The position numbers were made by a program, and so were the translations under genes. A stretch of 64,000 nt of DNA from Halobacteriales archaeon QS_8_69_26 (GTDB lineage Archaea; Halobacteriota; Halobacteria; Halobacteriales; SW-7-71-33): the NCBI GenBank assembly GCA_003023195.1, contig PXRX01000001.1, forward strand, positions 768 through 64,767. The letters run 5' to 3'. Positions 1 to 9,537 of the stretch are shown in pieces. Under the pieces are notes generated by a model. It made no database searches, was not told the DNA's origin, and saw only the letters and a program-made list of their open reading frames with translations. Position 1 is the first letter of the stretch. Every line of letters begins with the position of its first letter.

Positions 1-400
1 CGTCCACCCGCCCGGCGACCTCCTGGCGGCCGTCCGGGACGCCAGGTTCGTCGCGCTGGCCGTCCCCCTGACCGACGAGACGCGGGACCTGGTCGGCGCC
101 CGGGAACTCGCCGCGATGGACGACGACGCGTACCTGATAAACGTCGCCCGGGGTCCGGTCGTCGACGAGGACGCCCTGGTCGAGGCACTCCGGGAGGGCG
201 AGATCGCGGGGGCCGCCCTCGACGTGTTCGAGACCGAACCGTTGCCGGCGTCCTCGCCGCTCTGGGACCGCGAGGACGTCGTCGTCACGCCCCACGTCGC
301 GGCGACCGTGCGGAGCTACTACGAGGACGTCGCCGACCTGGTCCGGGAGAACGTCCGCAGGGTCGACGACGGCGAGGAGATAATCAACCGGGTTGTCTGA
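1..400 (+). CDS. D-isomer-specific 2-hydroxyacid dehydrogenase family protein, C-terminal part (5' end lies outside the window)
   Basis: The frame is open from the window edge to the stop at 398-400. The translation ...FVALAVPLTDETRDLVGARELAAMDDDAYLINVARGPVVDEDALVEALREGEIAGAALDVFETEPLP...VVTPHVAA matches the NAD-binding/catalytic core of PGDH/GyaR-like dehydrogenases. Confidence 0.85.
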   Translation, partial: VHPPGDLLAAVRDARFVALAVPLTDETRDLVGARELAAMDDDAYLINVARGPVVDEDALVEALREGEIAGAALDVFETEPLPASSPLWDREDVVVTPHVAATVRSYYEDVADLVRENVRRVDDGEEIINRVV

Positions 401-440
401 CGACGCGGCCGACCGGTCGCCGTCCCGACGTCGACGGGGC

Positions 441-1130
441 CTAGGCGGGCGTCTCGACGCCGAGTTCGGTAAGCAGCGTCCGTGCCGCCTCTTCGGAGGA
501 CTCCGGACCACGGGCCGTTACCAGGTCGCCGTCGACGGTGACGCTCGCGTCCTCGTCGAGTTCGGCGTCCCAGTTCGCCCCGGCGGCCCGCACCTCGTCC
601 TCGACCCAGTAGGGGAGCTTTCGACCGTCCGGCATCCGATCGTCGTCGTCGACGATCCCCTCCTCCCACTCGTTGGGGAAGCCGGTGACGTCCCGGCCCT
701 CGACGAGGAACGACCCGTCGCTGGTCCGGGTGAACGCCAGGATCCCGACCGCGTGACAGACTACCAGGGCCGTCCTGTCGCCCTCGACGGCGTCCCGGAG
801 GGCCGCCCGGGCGTGGCGGTCCTGGTTCACGTCCCACTCGGTGCCGTGGCCGCCGGGGAACACGACCGCGTCGTAGTCGGCGCCGTCGACCCGCGCGAGT
901 GGTTCGGGGTCGTTCAGGCGCTCGTCGGACTCGTGGACTCGCTCGACGCGTTCAGCAGTCTCCTCGCCGACGGTCTCGGGATCGACCGACCGGTCGTCGA
1001 CCACGGGCGGGTCGCCGGTGGGCGTCGCGACCGTGACCTCGACTCCCGCGTCGGTGAGCGTCTCCAGGGGCGTGATACACTCCTCGCCCCAGTACCCGTG
1101 CTCGCTGACGACGAACAGTGCCGATACCAT
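441..1130 (-). CDS. DJ-1/PfpI family (class I glutamine amidotransferase-like) protein
   Basis: 229-aa acidic ORF. It has the nucleophile-elbow context ALVVCHAVGIL, the FPGGHG motif, and a length typical of DJ-1/PfpI proteins. Confidence 0.8.
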   Translation of the reverse strand: MVSALFVVSEHGYWGEECITPLETLTDAGVEVTVATPTGDPPVVDDRSVDPETVGEETAERVERVHESDERLNDPEPLARVDGADYDAVVFPGGHGTEWDVNQDRHARAALRDAVEGDRTALVVCHAVGILAFTRTSDGSFLVEGRDVTGFPNEWEEGIVDDDDRMPDGRKLPYWVEDEVRAAGANWDAELDEDASVTVDGDLVTARGPESSEEAARTLLTELGVETPA

Positions 1131-1196
1131 GTCGGGACCTACGTGCTACGGACATATATTTCGGATCCCGGGGCCGGTGGTGCCGGTCGCCGGGAG

Positions 1197-1376
1197 TCAC
1201 CGCAAGACGAGGAGGTAGGTCGCCACCATCAGGAAGACGGTCGCCAGCGCCACGTTCGTCCAGTCGAACGGGGCGACGTTTATCACCGAGAACCCCCAGA
1301 CCACGACCGCGCTGAAGGCGAACGAGAGCACGAGGTTCATGAGAAACAGGACTCGTGGGTCGCCGTCGGAAGCCAT
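1197..1376 (-). CDS. Small two-helix membrane protein (59 aa), hypothetical
   Basis: Not in the ORF track because it is under 60 aa. ATG at 1376 and TGA at 1197-1199. Translation MASDGDPRVLFLMNLVLSFAFSAVVVWGFSVINVAPFDWTNVALATVFLMVATYLLVLR. Third codon positions are strongly G/C, like neighbouring genes, and there are two hydrophobic segments. Confidence 0.45.
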   Translation of the reverse strand: MASDGDPRVLFLMNLVLSFAFSAVVVWGFSVINVAPFDWTNVALATVFLMVATYLLVLR

Positions 1377-1516
1377 ACCGGCGGTAGGGCGTCCGGGGGC
1401 TTAGGAATGTGGGACCGGTCGGGCCGTGGCGCCGGTTCGTCTCTCGCGTGCGGGCCTGCCCCCGTCGTTTCGACACAACTAACTCGCGGTCGACGGAACT
1501 ACGTGACGAGTCACCG

Positions 1517-2665
1517 ATGAAGCTACACGAATACCAGGCCAAGGGCGTCTTCGCCGACGCGGGGATCCCCACGCCCGACTCGGAACTGGCCGAGACGGTC
1601 GAGGAGGTCGTCGCGGCGGCCGACCGGATCGGGTACCCGGTCGCGGTGAAGGCGCAGGTACAGGTGGGCGGTCGCGGCAAGGCCGGCGGGATCGAACTGG
1701 CCGACGACGAGGACGAGGCCCGGTCGGCGGCGGAGTCGATCCTGGGCATGGACCTGAAGGGCTACCACGTCGACCGGGTGCTCGTCGAGGACGCGGTCGA
1801 CTTCACGAACGAACTGTACGTCGGCGTGACGATGGACCGGGGCGAGGGCAAACCCGTCGCGATGGTCTCGACCCGCGGCGGCGTCGACATCGAGGAGGTC
1901 GCCGCCGAGGACCCCGACGCCATCGCCCGGGAGCACGTCGACCCGTCGTTCGGCCTGCACCCCTACCAGGCCCGTCGGGCGGTCTACGACGCGGGCGTCG
2001 AGGACGCCGTCGCGCGGGACGTCGCCTCGGTTCTCACCACGCTGTACCAGCTCTGGGACGGGCGCGACGGTGCCGACGCCGAGATCAACCCCCTGATGGT
2101 CACCGCCGCCGACGAGGTCGTCGCGGCCGACGCCGTCTTCAACGTCGACGAGGACGCCCTCTTCCGCCAACCGGAGATGGCCGACATGGAGGAGGAGTCG
2201 GCGTCCGGCGACGAACTCGAACGGAAGGCCGACGAGTACGGCTTCGACTACGTCCGCCTCGACGGCAACGTCGGCATCATCGGCAACGGCGCGGGCCTCG
2301 TGATGACGACCCTGGACCTGGTCGACCACTACGGCGGGGCACCCGCCAACTTCCTCGACGTGGGTGGGGGTGCCAAGGCCGAACGGGTCAGCAACGCGCT
2401 GGACATGGTGTTCTCGGACCCCAACGTCGACTCGGTCGTGTTCAACATCTTCGGCGGCATCACCCGCGGCGACGAGGTCGCCAAGGGCATCAACGCCGCC
2501 CTGGAGGGGTTCGACGAGATCCCCGACCCCGTGGTGGTCCGGCTGGCGGGCACCAACGCCGAGGAGGGCATGGAGATCCTGAACACCGACCTGGTCGAGG
2601 TGGAGTCCACGCTGGAGGACGCCGTCCAGCGTGCGGTCGAACTCGCCACGGAGGTGGAAGCATGA
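1517..2665 (+). CDS. sucC: Succinyl-CoA synthetase (ADP-forming) beta subunit
   Basis: The true start is the internal ATG at 1517 (MKLHEYQAKGVFADAGIPTP...). The 36 codons upstream in the track ORF are Arg/Pro-rich. ATP-grasp and ligase-CoA motifs are present, and the stop overlaps the sucD start (ATGA). Confidence 0.95.
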   Translation: MKLHEYQAKGVFADAGIPTPDSELAETVEEVVAAADRIGYPVAVKAQVQVGGRGKAGGIELADDEDEARSAAESILGMDLKGYHVDRVLVEDAVDFTNELYVGVTMDRGEGKPVAMVSTRGGVDIEEVAAEDPDAIAREHVDPSFGLHPYQARRAVYDAGVEDAVARDVASVLTTLYQLWDGRDGADAEINPLMVTAADEVVAADAVFNVDEDALFRQPEMADMEEESASGDELERKADEYGFDYVRLDGNVGIIGNGAGLVMTTLDLVDHYGGAPANFLDVGGGAKAERVSNALDMVFSDPNVDSVVFNIFGGITRGDEVAKGINAALEGFDEIPDPVVVRLAGTNAEEGMEILNTDLVEVESTLEDAVQRAVELATEVEA

Positions 2666-3531
2666 GCGTGCTCGTCGACGACGACACCCGGGTCGTCGTC
2701 CAGGGGATCACCGGCGGCGAGGGGAAGTTCCACGCCGAGCAGATGATGGAGTACGGCACGAACGTCGTGGCCGGCGCGGTCCCGGGCAAGGGCGGCCAGG
2801 CGGTCGCCGGCGTCCCGGTCTACGACACCGTCGAGCGTGCCGCCCGGGAACACGACGCCGACGCCTCGGTCGTGTTCGTGCCGCCGGCGTTCGCCGGCGA
2901 CGCGATATTCGAGGGGGTCGACTCCCCGCTGGACCTGGTGGTCGCCATCACCGAGGGGATCCCTGTCCAGGACATGAGCCTGGTCAACGAGAAACTGAAC
3001 GACGTCGACACCACCCTGATCGGCCCGAACTGTCCCGGCGTGATCACGCCCGGCGAGGCCAAACTCGGCATCCTCCCGGGGAACGTCTTCTCCTCCGGGT
3101 CGGTGGGGTTCGTCTCGCGGTCCGGCACGCTCACCTACCAGATCGTCGATAACCTCACGAACCGCGGCCTCGGCCAGTCGACGGCCATCGGGATCGGGGG
3201 CGACCCCATCATCGGCACCGACTTCGTCGACGCCCTGCGCCTATTCGAGGCCGACCCGGACACCGAGGTGGCGGTGATGTGCGGCGAGATCGGTGGCGAG
3301 GACGAGGAGCAGGCCGCCGAGTTCATCGACGAGCACATGGAGACGCCCGTGGTCGGCTTCATCGCCGGCCGGACCGCCCCGCCCGGCAAGCGGATGGGCC
3401 ACGCCGGCGCCATCGTCTCCGAGGCTGGCACCGGCACCGCCGAGTCGAAGATCGACGCCCTCAACGACGCCGGCGTCCACGTCGGGTACACCCCCGAGGA
3501 AGTCGCCGACCACGTCGAGAAGTACCGCTAG
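2662..3531 (+). CDS. sucD: Succinyl-CoA synthetase alpha subunit
   Basis: 289 aa. Motifs [16 protein letters not shown] and the phosphohistidine loop MGHAGAIV are present. The gene is translationally coupled to sucC. Confidence 0.95.
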   Translation: MSVLVDDDTRVVVQGITGGEGKFHAEQMMEYGTNVVAGAVPGKGGQAVAGVPVYDTVERAAREHDADASVVFVPPAFAGDAIFEGVDSPLDLVVAITEGIPVQDMSLVNEKLNDVDTTLIGPNCPGVITPGEAKLGILPGNVFSSGSVGFVSRSGTLTYQIVDNLTNRGLGQSTAIGIGGDPIIGTDFVDALRLFEADPDTEVAVMCGEIGGEDEEQAAEFIDEHMETPVVGFIAGRTAPPGKRMGHAGAIVSEAGTGTAESKIDALNDAGVHVGYTPEEVADHVEKYR

Positions 3532-3598
3532 GCCCGGAGTACCGGTCTCGGGATCCGCCGGTGACCGGGACCCACCGGTTCCCAGGAGGGATCCGCCG

Positions 3599-5308
3599 AT
3601 GACTGACCCCCTGGTCCACGTCGAGAACCTGCGGAAGTACTACTCCGAGCAGGACACGATATACGACCGGCTGATGGGGCGCGAGCCCCAGAGCGTGAAG
3701 GCCGTCGACGGCGTCTCCTTCCAGATCCGGGAGGGAGAGACGCTGGGCCTGGTCGGGGAGTCGGGGTGTGGCAAGTCCACCACCGGCGAGACGCTCCTGC
3801 GACTGCGCGAACCGACCGACGGGACCGTCCGGTTCGACGGGGTGAACGTCTACGACGAGGAGGACCTCACGGCGTTCCGCCGGGAGGCACAGATCGTCTT
3901 CCAGGATCCCTTTTCGAGCCTCGATCCCCGCATGACTGCGGGAGGGATCATCCGCGAACCGCTGTCGATACACGGTCTCCCCGACAGCGGACGGATCGCC
4001 GACCGGCCGGTCGACTGCACCGTCGACGGGAACATCTCGGTCGCCGTCGACGTGTACGGCGACGCCGACATGTACCTCGGGGAGCGCGACCTCGGCGTGT
4101 CGGTCGCCTACAGGCCGGACCTCGACCCGGCCGATGCCCGCGGCACGAACGAGGGCGGGGAGACGGTCGCAGGCGACGGGTCGGGTGCGGACCCGGCGGC
4201 CGACGGCGGGTCGGACGCGTCCGGGAGGGCGGTCGGGGAAGGGCGGACGGCGCCCACCACCCCCGCCGGCGATCCCCACCAGGTCGCGGCTGTCGACGGG
4301 GGGACCCTCGCGGTCACCTTCGAGACCGAACTGGCCGAGAACCTGGACGCGACGGTGACCGTCACGGAGAGGGACCCGCTCTCGGTACGGGTCGAGGTCC
4401 GTGCCGGCGTCTCGACCAAGGCGGTGCGGGACCGCCGCGTGCGGGATCTCCTGGAGCGGGTCGGCCTCTCCGAGGGGCAGATAGACCGCTACCCCCACGA
4501 GTTCTCCGGCGGCCAGCGCCAGCGGATCGGCATCGCCCGCGCCCTCGCCCTGGAACCGGACTTCCTGGTGCTGGACGAACCCGTCTCGGCGCTGGACGTC
4601 TCGGTCCAGGCACAGGTCCTCAACCTCCTCAGCGACCTCCAGGAGGAACTGGGGCTGACCTACCTGTTCATCGCCCACGACCTCTCGGTGGTGCGCCACA
4701 TCTCCGACCGGGTCGCGGTGATGTACCTCGGCGAGATCGTGGAGATCGGGCCGGTCGAGGAGATATTCGAGTCGCCGAAACACCCCTACACGCAGGCGCT
4801 TTTGGAGAGCGTCCCGCGGGCCGAGGCCGCGGAGGCGGGGCGGGACGTCCAGGTGTTGCAGGGCGACGTGCCCTCGCCGCGGAACCCGCCCTCGGGGTGT
4901 CGGTTCCGGACCCGGTGTCCCGAGGTGATCCCGCCCGAGGACGTCGAAATCGACCAGGCGGCCTTCCGCGAGGTGATGGACCTGCGGGACCGCCTGGCGG
5001 GCGACGGGATCCCGGAGGAGGTGCGGGGGACGGCCATGGAACGGGTCGAGACCGGGACGGACGCCGTCGACGCCCTGGAGGCCGAACTCTTCGATGCGGA
5101 CCTGAGCGGTGCCAACCGGGCGGTCGTCCGGGAGGCCCTCGAACTGGTCCTGGACGACGAGCGCGAGGCGACCGCCGCCCGCCTCCGGGACCGCTTCGAG
5201 AGCGTCTGCGAGACGACGTCGCCGTCCCTGGACGAGGGAGAGCCCGGGGTGTCCTGCCACCTCTACGGCCCCGGCGGGGAACGGGTCTCCGGATCCGTTG
5301 AAGACTGA
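3599..5308 (+). CDS. Opp/Dpp-type ABC transporter ATP-binding protein with a large internal insertion and a C-terminal extension
   Basis: Start re-picked at ATG 3599 ([15 protein letters not shown]). Walker [10 protein letters not shown], signature FSGGQRQR, Walker B LVLDEP and the oligopeptide-type C-terminal motif [11 protein letters not shown] are present. About 145 aa are inserted between the Q-loop region and the signature motif. No permease or binding-protein gene is adjacent. Confidence 0.85.
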   Translation: MTDPLVHVENLRKYYSEQDTIYDRLMGREPQSVKAVDGVSFQIREGETLGLVGESGCGKSTTGETLLRLREPTDGTVRFDGVNVYDEEDLTAFRREAQIVFQDPFSSLDPRMTAGGIIREPLSIHGLPDSGRIADRPVDCTVDGNISVAVDVYGDADMYLGERDLGVSVAYRPDLDPADARGTNEGGETVAGDGSGADPAADGGSDASGRAVGEGRTAPTTPAGDPHQVAAVDGGTLAVTFETELAENLDATVTVTERDPLSVRVEVRAGVSTKAVRDRRVRDLLERVGLSEGQIDRYPHEFSGGQRQRIGIARALALEPDFLVLDEPVSALDVSVQAQVLNLLSDLQEELGLTYLFIAHDLSVVRHISDRVAVMYLGEIVEIGPVEEIFESPKHPYTQALLESVPRAEAAEAGRDVQVLQGDVPSPRNPPSGCRFRTRCPEVIPPEDVEIDQAAFREVMDLRDRLAGDGIPEEVRGTAMERVETGTDAVDALEAELFDADLSGANRAVVREALELVLDDEREATAARLRDRFESVCETTSPSLDEGEPGVSCHLYGPGGERVSGSVED

Positions 5309-5405
5309 GATCGGACCTCCCGAGGCTTTGCTGCCGACGGACCGGCGGGAGTCGCGCCGGGCACCGATCGCCGGCCATTTCTCCGTGGGACCCCTCCCGC
5401 CGGGC

Positions 5406-5930
5406 ATGGGCTACGCGTGTCCTGTCTGTGGGACGCCCCAGGCCGACGAGCGCCACCTGGCGGACCACCTGGCGGTGACGGCGATGACCCACGGCGACGA
5501 CCACGAGGACTGGCTGGACGAACACGTTCCGGACTGGTCGGAGTACGGGCCGTCGGACCTGGGTCCGGTCGTGGCCGGGGAGGCGGCCGAGACGGAGTAC
5601 CCGCAGGTGTTCGAGGACACGACGGGCCACGACCACGGCCCGGACCGCGGGGAGACCCTGGAGGACCACCTCGCGAGCGAGGGCCGCCGCGGCCCCCGCG
5701 GTGCCGGGCGGGGCGACCTCACCGGCGAACAGGCGGGGATCCTCGCCGAGGCCCGGGAGATGACCCGGCGGATGATGGGCGAGGCGTCGGACCGCGAGGA
5801 CGGCGAGGAAGGAGAGGGCGACGACCCCGCCACTGGTTCGACCGACGGACCGGACGAGGAGGGGGCCGCCACCGGGGGATCGGACGGCGCCGAGGAACGG
5901 GACCGCGGGGACGACGCCGACGATGAGTGA
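5406..5930 (+). CDS. Small acidic zinc-finger-like protein (resembles the haloarchaeal DUF5810 family, from memory)
   Basis: Start re-picked at ATG 5406 (MGYACPVCGTPQADERHLADHLAVTAMTHGDDHEDWLDEH). It has a CxxC...HxxxH arrangement and a very acidic tail. The stop overlaps the start of the next gene by 8 nt. Confidence 0.6.
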   Translation: MGYACPVCGTPQADERHLADHLAVTAMTHGDDHEDWLDEHVPDWSEYGPSDLGPVVAGEAAETEYPQVFEDTTGHDHGPDRGETLEDHLASEGRRGPRGAGRGDLTGEQAGILAEAREMTRRMMGEASDREDGEEGEGDDPATGSTDGPDEEGAATGGSDGAEERDRGDDADDE

Positions 5931-6471
5931 GGAGTGGCCGGGCGACCCGGAGTGGCCGGTCGTCGAGTCCGCGGTCGAGTACGAGACGCCCTGGTACACC
6001 GGGGGGTACGACCTGGTCGAACAGCCCGACGGGTCGCGAAAGCGGTACTACTGGGCGGAACTGCCGCCGGCGGTGGTGGTGGTCGCGGTGGCCGACGGCC
6101 GGGTGGTGTTCGTCGAGCAGTACCGGCCGACGATCCGGGAGACCCACCTCGAACTGCCGGCGGGGATCGTCGAGGAGGGCGAGTCGTTCACGACGGCCGG
6201 GGCCCGCGAACTCCGCGAGGAGACGGGGTTCGACCCGGCAGGGGTGTCGCTGCTGGCGGACTACGCCGTCGCCACCGGCGTCCTGCGCCACCGTCGGGGG
6301 ATCGTCTTCGCCGAGGGGCTGGAACCGGTCGAACCGGACCTGGACGGCAACGAGTTCCTCCAGGTGCGGTCGGTGCCCGTCGACGAGGCACTGGCCCGGG
6401 CCCGCGAGGCCCCGTCCAACGACGCCACGATCACCGGCCTGTTGCTGGCCCGCGAGGAGGGGCTGATCTGA
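5923..6471 (+). CDS. NUDIX hydrolase (ADP-ribose pyrophosphatase-like)
   Basis: 182 aa with the Nudix box GIVEEGESFTTAGARELREETGF (GX5EX7REUXEEXGU). Confidence 0.85.
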   Translation: MSEEWPGDPEWPVVESAVEYETPWYTGGYDLVEQPDGSRKRYYWAELPPAVVVVAVADGRVVFVEQYRPTIRETHLELPAGIVEEGESFTTAGARELREETGFDPAGVSLLADYAVATGVLRHRRGIVFAEGLEPVEPDLDGNEFLQVRSVPVDEALARAREAPSNDATITGLLLAREEGLI

Positions 6472-6639
6472 CGCCACCCGCTCCGCCCGCTAGACTCGCA
6501 CGGAGAGACGGGTCCGGAGCGACCGCTCCGCGCCGGTAACGTGGTCGTCGCGTCCGGATCTTCCGGCCGTCGAGTTGCTGGTTTGACGAGTTCTCGCCCG
6601 CTGGCCGCCTGTAGTCTTCCGATCCTCCATCAAGTCCTA

Positions 6640-6685
6640 TGTTAACCTAATAATTTTAATCCAGATGGGAAGCTTTATGAAGGGT
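6640..6685 (+). promoter_or_regulatory. AT-rich promoter region upstream of the secreted nuclease gene
   Basis: The block gttaacctaataattttaatcc plus ctttatga lies 20-60 nt upstream of ATG 6704, in otherwise GC-rich DNA. This is compatible with an archaeal TATA/BRE. No transcript data are available. Confidence 0.4.
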
Positions 6686-6703
6686 TGGGATCAGTGAACA
6701 CGC

Positions 6704-8956
6704 ATGCAACGGCGGCAATTCCTGAAAGGCGTCAGCGCGTCAGCGTTCGGTGTAACACTCGCATCGCAACAGGCGGCGGCGGAGTGTAACTTCGAACCCG
6801 GCGTGTGGTACGACGGGACGGTCGTCGACGTGACCGACGGGGACACGTTCGACGTCGTCCTCGACTGCGACGGCCAGGAGTACGAGATCCGGCACCTGGG
6901 GCTGGACACGCCCGAGACCAAGAGGAACAACAGGTACGAGGAGGTCCGCGAGTGGGAGGGCATCGAGGACGACAACTACCTCGCCGACTGGGGCGAGAAC
7001 GCGAAGGACTACGCACAGAACGAGTTCCCCGACGGCACGCCCTGTCAGATCGCGGTCGACGAGAACGAGGACACGTTCGACCCCTTCGACCGGCTACTGG
7101 CATACGTCCGCTACGACAAGGACGGCGACGGGTCGATGGACACGGTCTACAACTACGACGTCGTCCGCAAAGGCTACGCCCGGGTGTACAGTTCCTCGCT
7201 CACGAAGCACGACGAGTACTGGCAGGCCGAACACGACGCCCAGTCGGAAGGCCTGCGGGTCTGGCAGCAGAGCGACCCCGAGAACACCTCGGAGGTGGAC
7301 AACGACCCGGTGTCGACGGTCTACTTCCCGAACGCCTCCAGCGTCCGGACCAGCGACGGGGCCATCGCCGACTCGCGGGTGCCGGTCTACGCCGAGTCGA
7401 CCACCACCCAGTCCCTCGACTCCGGCGGGATCGACTACTCGGAGATCCCGATGGTCGGCGTCGACGAGGCCAACAACACCGCCGTGATCGGCGGCCTGTT
7501 CATCAACGAGGCCAACGAGGGCGACGACGAGGGCGAGCACAAGGTCTTCCTCTCGAACCTCATCGACTACCTCTCCTCGAAGGCGGGCAAGGTGCTCATC
7601 GAGGGCGGCCACCGGCAGTTCAACGCCGACTACGGCCTCTCGTGTGAGGACACCGTCGTCTACCAGCGGTTCCTGGAGGGCGTCGGCGTCGCCCACGAAG
7701 GCATCAACGCCGTCGACTCCGACACCTACGAGAACCGGCTCTCGTCGGCGCGAGCGATCATCGTCACGAACTCCCCGCAGTCGTTCACGACCAGCGAGAA
7801 GGACGCCCTCGCGAACTACGTCTCCAACGGCGGCGCGGTGATCCTGATGGGATCGGCCAACGCGTCGGCCACCATGCGCTCGAACCTCCACGACGTCGCC
7901 GCCGGCATCGGGACGGATCTGCGCCTGAACGCCGACCAGGTCTACGACGACTCGAACAACACCGGCGACTCCTCGTTCGTCACCACCTCGAACTTCGACA
8001 CCTCCTTCCCGCTGTTCGACAGCTATACGCCCGACAGCGGTTCCAGTAACTCCTCCCCGACGACGTCCTGGGTCAACCCCAGTGACGGCGAGACGGTGTC
8101 GGGGACGGTCACCGTCCAGATCGACGCCTCGGACAGCGAGGACAGCGACGACTCCCTGGACGTGACTTACAGCGTCGACGGCGGCTCCGAGCGATCGACG
8201 ACCTACAACTCCACGTCGGGCTACTACGAGGACTCCTGGGACACGACCGGGGTGAGCGACGGCGACCACACCCTGGAGGCCACCGCCACCGACTCGAACG
8301 GGGCGAGTTCCTCCTCGACCATCACGGTCACGGTCGACAACGTCGAGAGCGCCCCGACCGTCGACAGCCTCTCGCTGACCGAGGTCGAGACCAGCGACTC
8401 GGACGCGGAGTTCGACGCCGACTGGTCGGTCAGCGACGACGACGGCGACCTCGACTCCGTCGACCTCACGCTCACCGACGACACCGCCGGCGAGACCGAG
8501 GACACCGCGACCGTCAGCGTCAGCGGGGACACTGCCTCCGGCACGACGCGCCTCGTCGCCGCCGGCGACGACGGATCCGGGAACTCCTACACCGTCGAGG
8601 CGACGGTCACCGACTCCGACGGGAACTCGTCGTCGGACACGGCCTCGACGAGCGAAACCGAGGACACCCAGAGCGCCCCGACCATCGACCAGTTCGACGT
8701 CTACGACGACAGCAACCCCCAGTGGAACCGCTATGACGTCGACTGGGCCGTATCGGACGGCGACGGTGACCTCGACACCGTCGTGACCGAGATGCTCGAC
8801 TCCTCGGGCAACGTGCTGGACTCCGACTCCGATTCCGTCAGTGGCAGTAGTGCCTCGGGCAGCCACTACGTCCGATCGAAGCAGACCGCGAGCGAGGTCG
8901 TCCTGACGGTCACGGACGCCGCCGGCAACTCAACGTCGGACTCCCAGCAGGTCTGA
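6704..8956 (+). CDS. Secreted (Tat) multidomain thermonuclease (SNase-like) protein with C-terminal Ig-like repeats
   Basis: Twin-arginine signal MQRRQFLKGVSASAFGVTLASQQAAA. An SNase-like core follows (VVDVTDGDTFDV...IRHLGLDTPE...RLLAYV...VVRKGYARVY). Next comes a central alpha/beta-looking domain of about 250 aa (KVLIEGGH...IIVTN...NGGAVILMGS). The C-terminus has Ig-like modules, including two acidic repeats of about 100 aa that each start SAPT(V/I)D. Confidence 0.8.
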   Translation: MQRRQFLKGVSASAFGVTLASQQAAAECNFEPGVWYDGTVVDVTDGDTFDVVLDCDGQEYEIRHLGLDTPETKRNNRYEEVREWEGIEDDNYLADWGENAKDYAQNEFPDGTPCQIAVDENEDTFDPFDRLLAYVRYDKDGDGSMDTVYNYDVVRKGYARVYSSSLTKHDEYWQAEHDAQSEGLRVWQQSDPENTSEVDNDPVSTVYFPNASSVRTSDGAIADSRVPVYAESTTTQSLDSGGIDYSEIPMVGVDEANNTAVIGGLFINEANEGDDEGEHKVFLSNLIDYLSSKAGKVLIEGGHRQFNADYGLSCEDTVVYQRFLEGVGVAHEGINAVDSDTYENRLSSARAIIVTNSPQSFTTSEKDALANYVSNGGAVILMGSANASATMRSNLHDVAAGIGTDLRLNADQVYDDSNNTGDSSFVTTSNFDTSFPLFDSYTPDSGSSNSSPTTSWVNPSDGETVSGTVTVQIDASDSEDSDDSLDVTYSVDGGSERSTTYNSTSGYYEDSWDTTGVSDGDHTLEATATDSNGASSSSTITVTVDNVESAPTVDSLSLTEVETSDSDAEFDADWSVSDDDGDLDSVDLTLTDDTAGETEDTATVSVSGDTASGTTRLVAAGDDGSGNSYTVEATVTDSDGNSSSDTASTSETEDTQSAPTIDQFDVYDDSNPQWNRYDVDWAVSDGDGDLDTVVTEMLDSSGNVLDSDSDSVSGSSASGSHYVRSKQTASEVVLTVTDAAGNSTSDSQQV

Positions 8957-9162
8957 CCGGGCGAGGCCGCCGACGTCGCACGTCGCTCTTTTCTTCCCGC
9001 TCTCCGAAACACACGACAGCCGGTGATCCGGACCCCCGTCTACCGGATCCCCGTGGTCGAGGCGTCGATGACCCGGGGTGAAGCCGCGGCTGGCGGGCGG
9101 CGAGAACCGGTCGACCCGTCGCCGGCGGCGATACGGGCCGAGAAGGAGGGGTCAGGTCACGA

Positions 9163-9456
9163 TCAGGCGACGTTGAAGCCGCGCTCTTCGAGATAGTCTT
9201 CGACGCGCCCGGCGTGGTTGCCCTGGAGCTCGACGTGCCCGCCGTCGACGGTGCCTCCACAGGCGAACTTGGACTTGAGTTCCGAGGAGAGGCTGTCAAG
9301 GTCGACGTCGTTCGGGTCGAACCCCTCGATGATCGTTACCTCCTTACCGTATCTGCGCTCGTCAATGCGGACCGAGATTTGCTGTGACTCCTTGGCGACG
9401 TCCTCGCAGACGCACAGCTCATCGGGTAGCCCGCACGTCGAGCATACCTCTGCCAT
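9163..9456 (-). CDS. Translation initiation factor aSUI1 (eIF1 homologue)
   Basis: 97 aa. An N-terminal Zn-ribbon-like CxxC...CxC is followed by the SUI1 fold sequence [13 protein letters not shown]...[11 protein letters not shown]...ELQGNH. Confidence 0.9.
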   Translation of the reverse strand: MAEVCSTCGLPDELCVCEDVAKESQQISVRIDERRYGKEVTIIEGFDPNDVDLDSLSSELKSKFACGGTVDGGHVELQGNHAGRVEDYLEERGFNVA

Positions 9457-9480
9457 TACGGCTACAAATTACGCCCGGGC

Positions 9481-9493
9481 AGTATTAAATACT
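9481..9493 (-). promoter_or_regulatory. TATA-like palindrome upstream of aSUI1
   Basis: AGTATTAAATACT is a perfect 13-nt palindrome lying 25-37 nt upstream of ATG 9456. The spacing fits a TATA box for a leaderless mRNA. Confidence 0.45.
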
Positions 9494-9537
9494 ATCGCCG
9501 GCGGGTCGCCGTGGGACACGACCGCAGGGACCGGGGA

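Noticed and set aside
3461-5407. 648-aa minus-strand ORF antisense to the ABC ATPase gene
   Set aside because: The translation is Arg/Pro/Gly-rich and basic, unlike the acidic proteome here. It exactly shadows a well-supported plus-strand gene, which is the typical high-GC antisense ORF artefact.
6600-6700. AT-rich block considered as a mobile-element end or genomic-island boundary
   Set aside because: No inverted or direct repeats, integrase or transposase are nearby, and the flanking genes have ordinary composition. It is more simply explained as the promoter of the nuclease gene.
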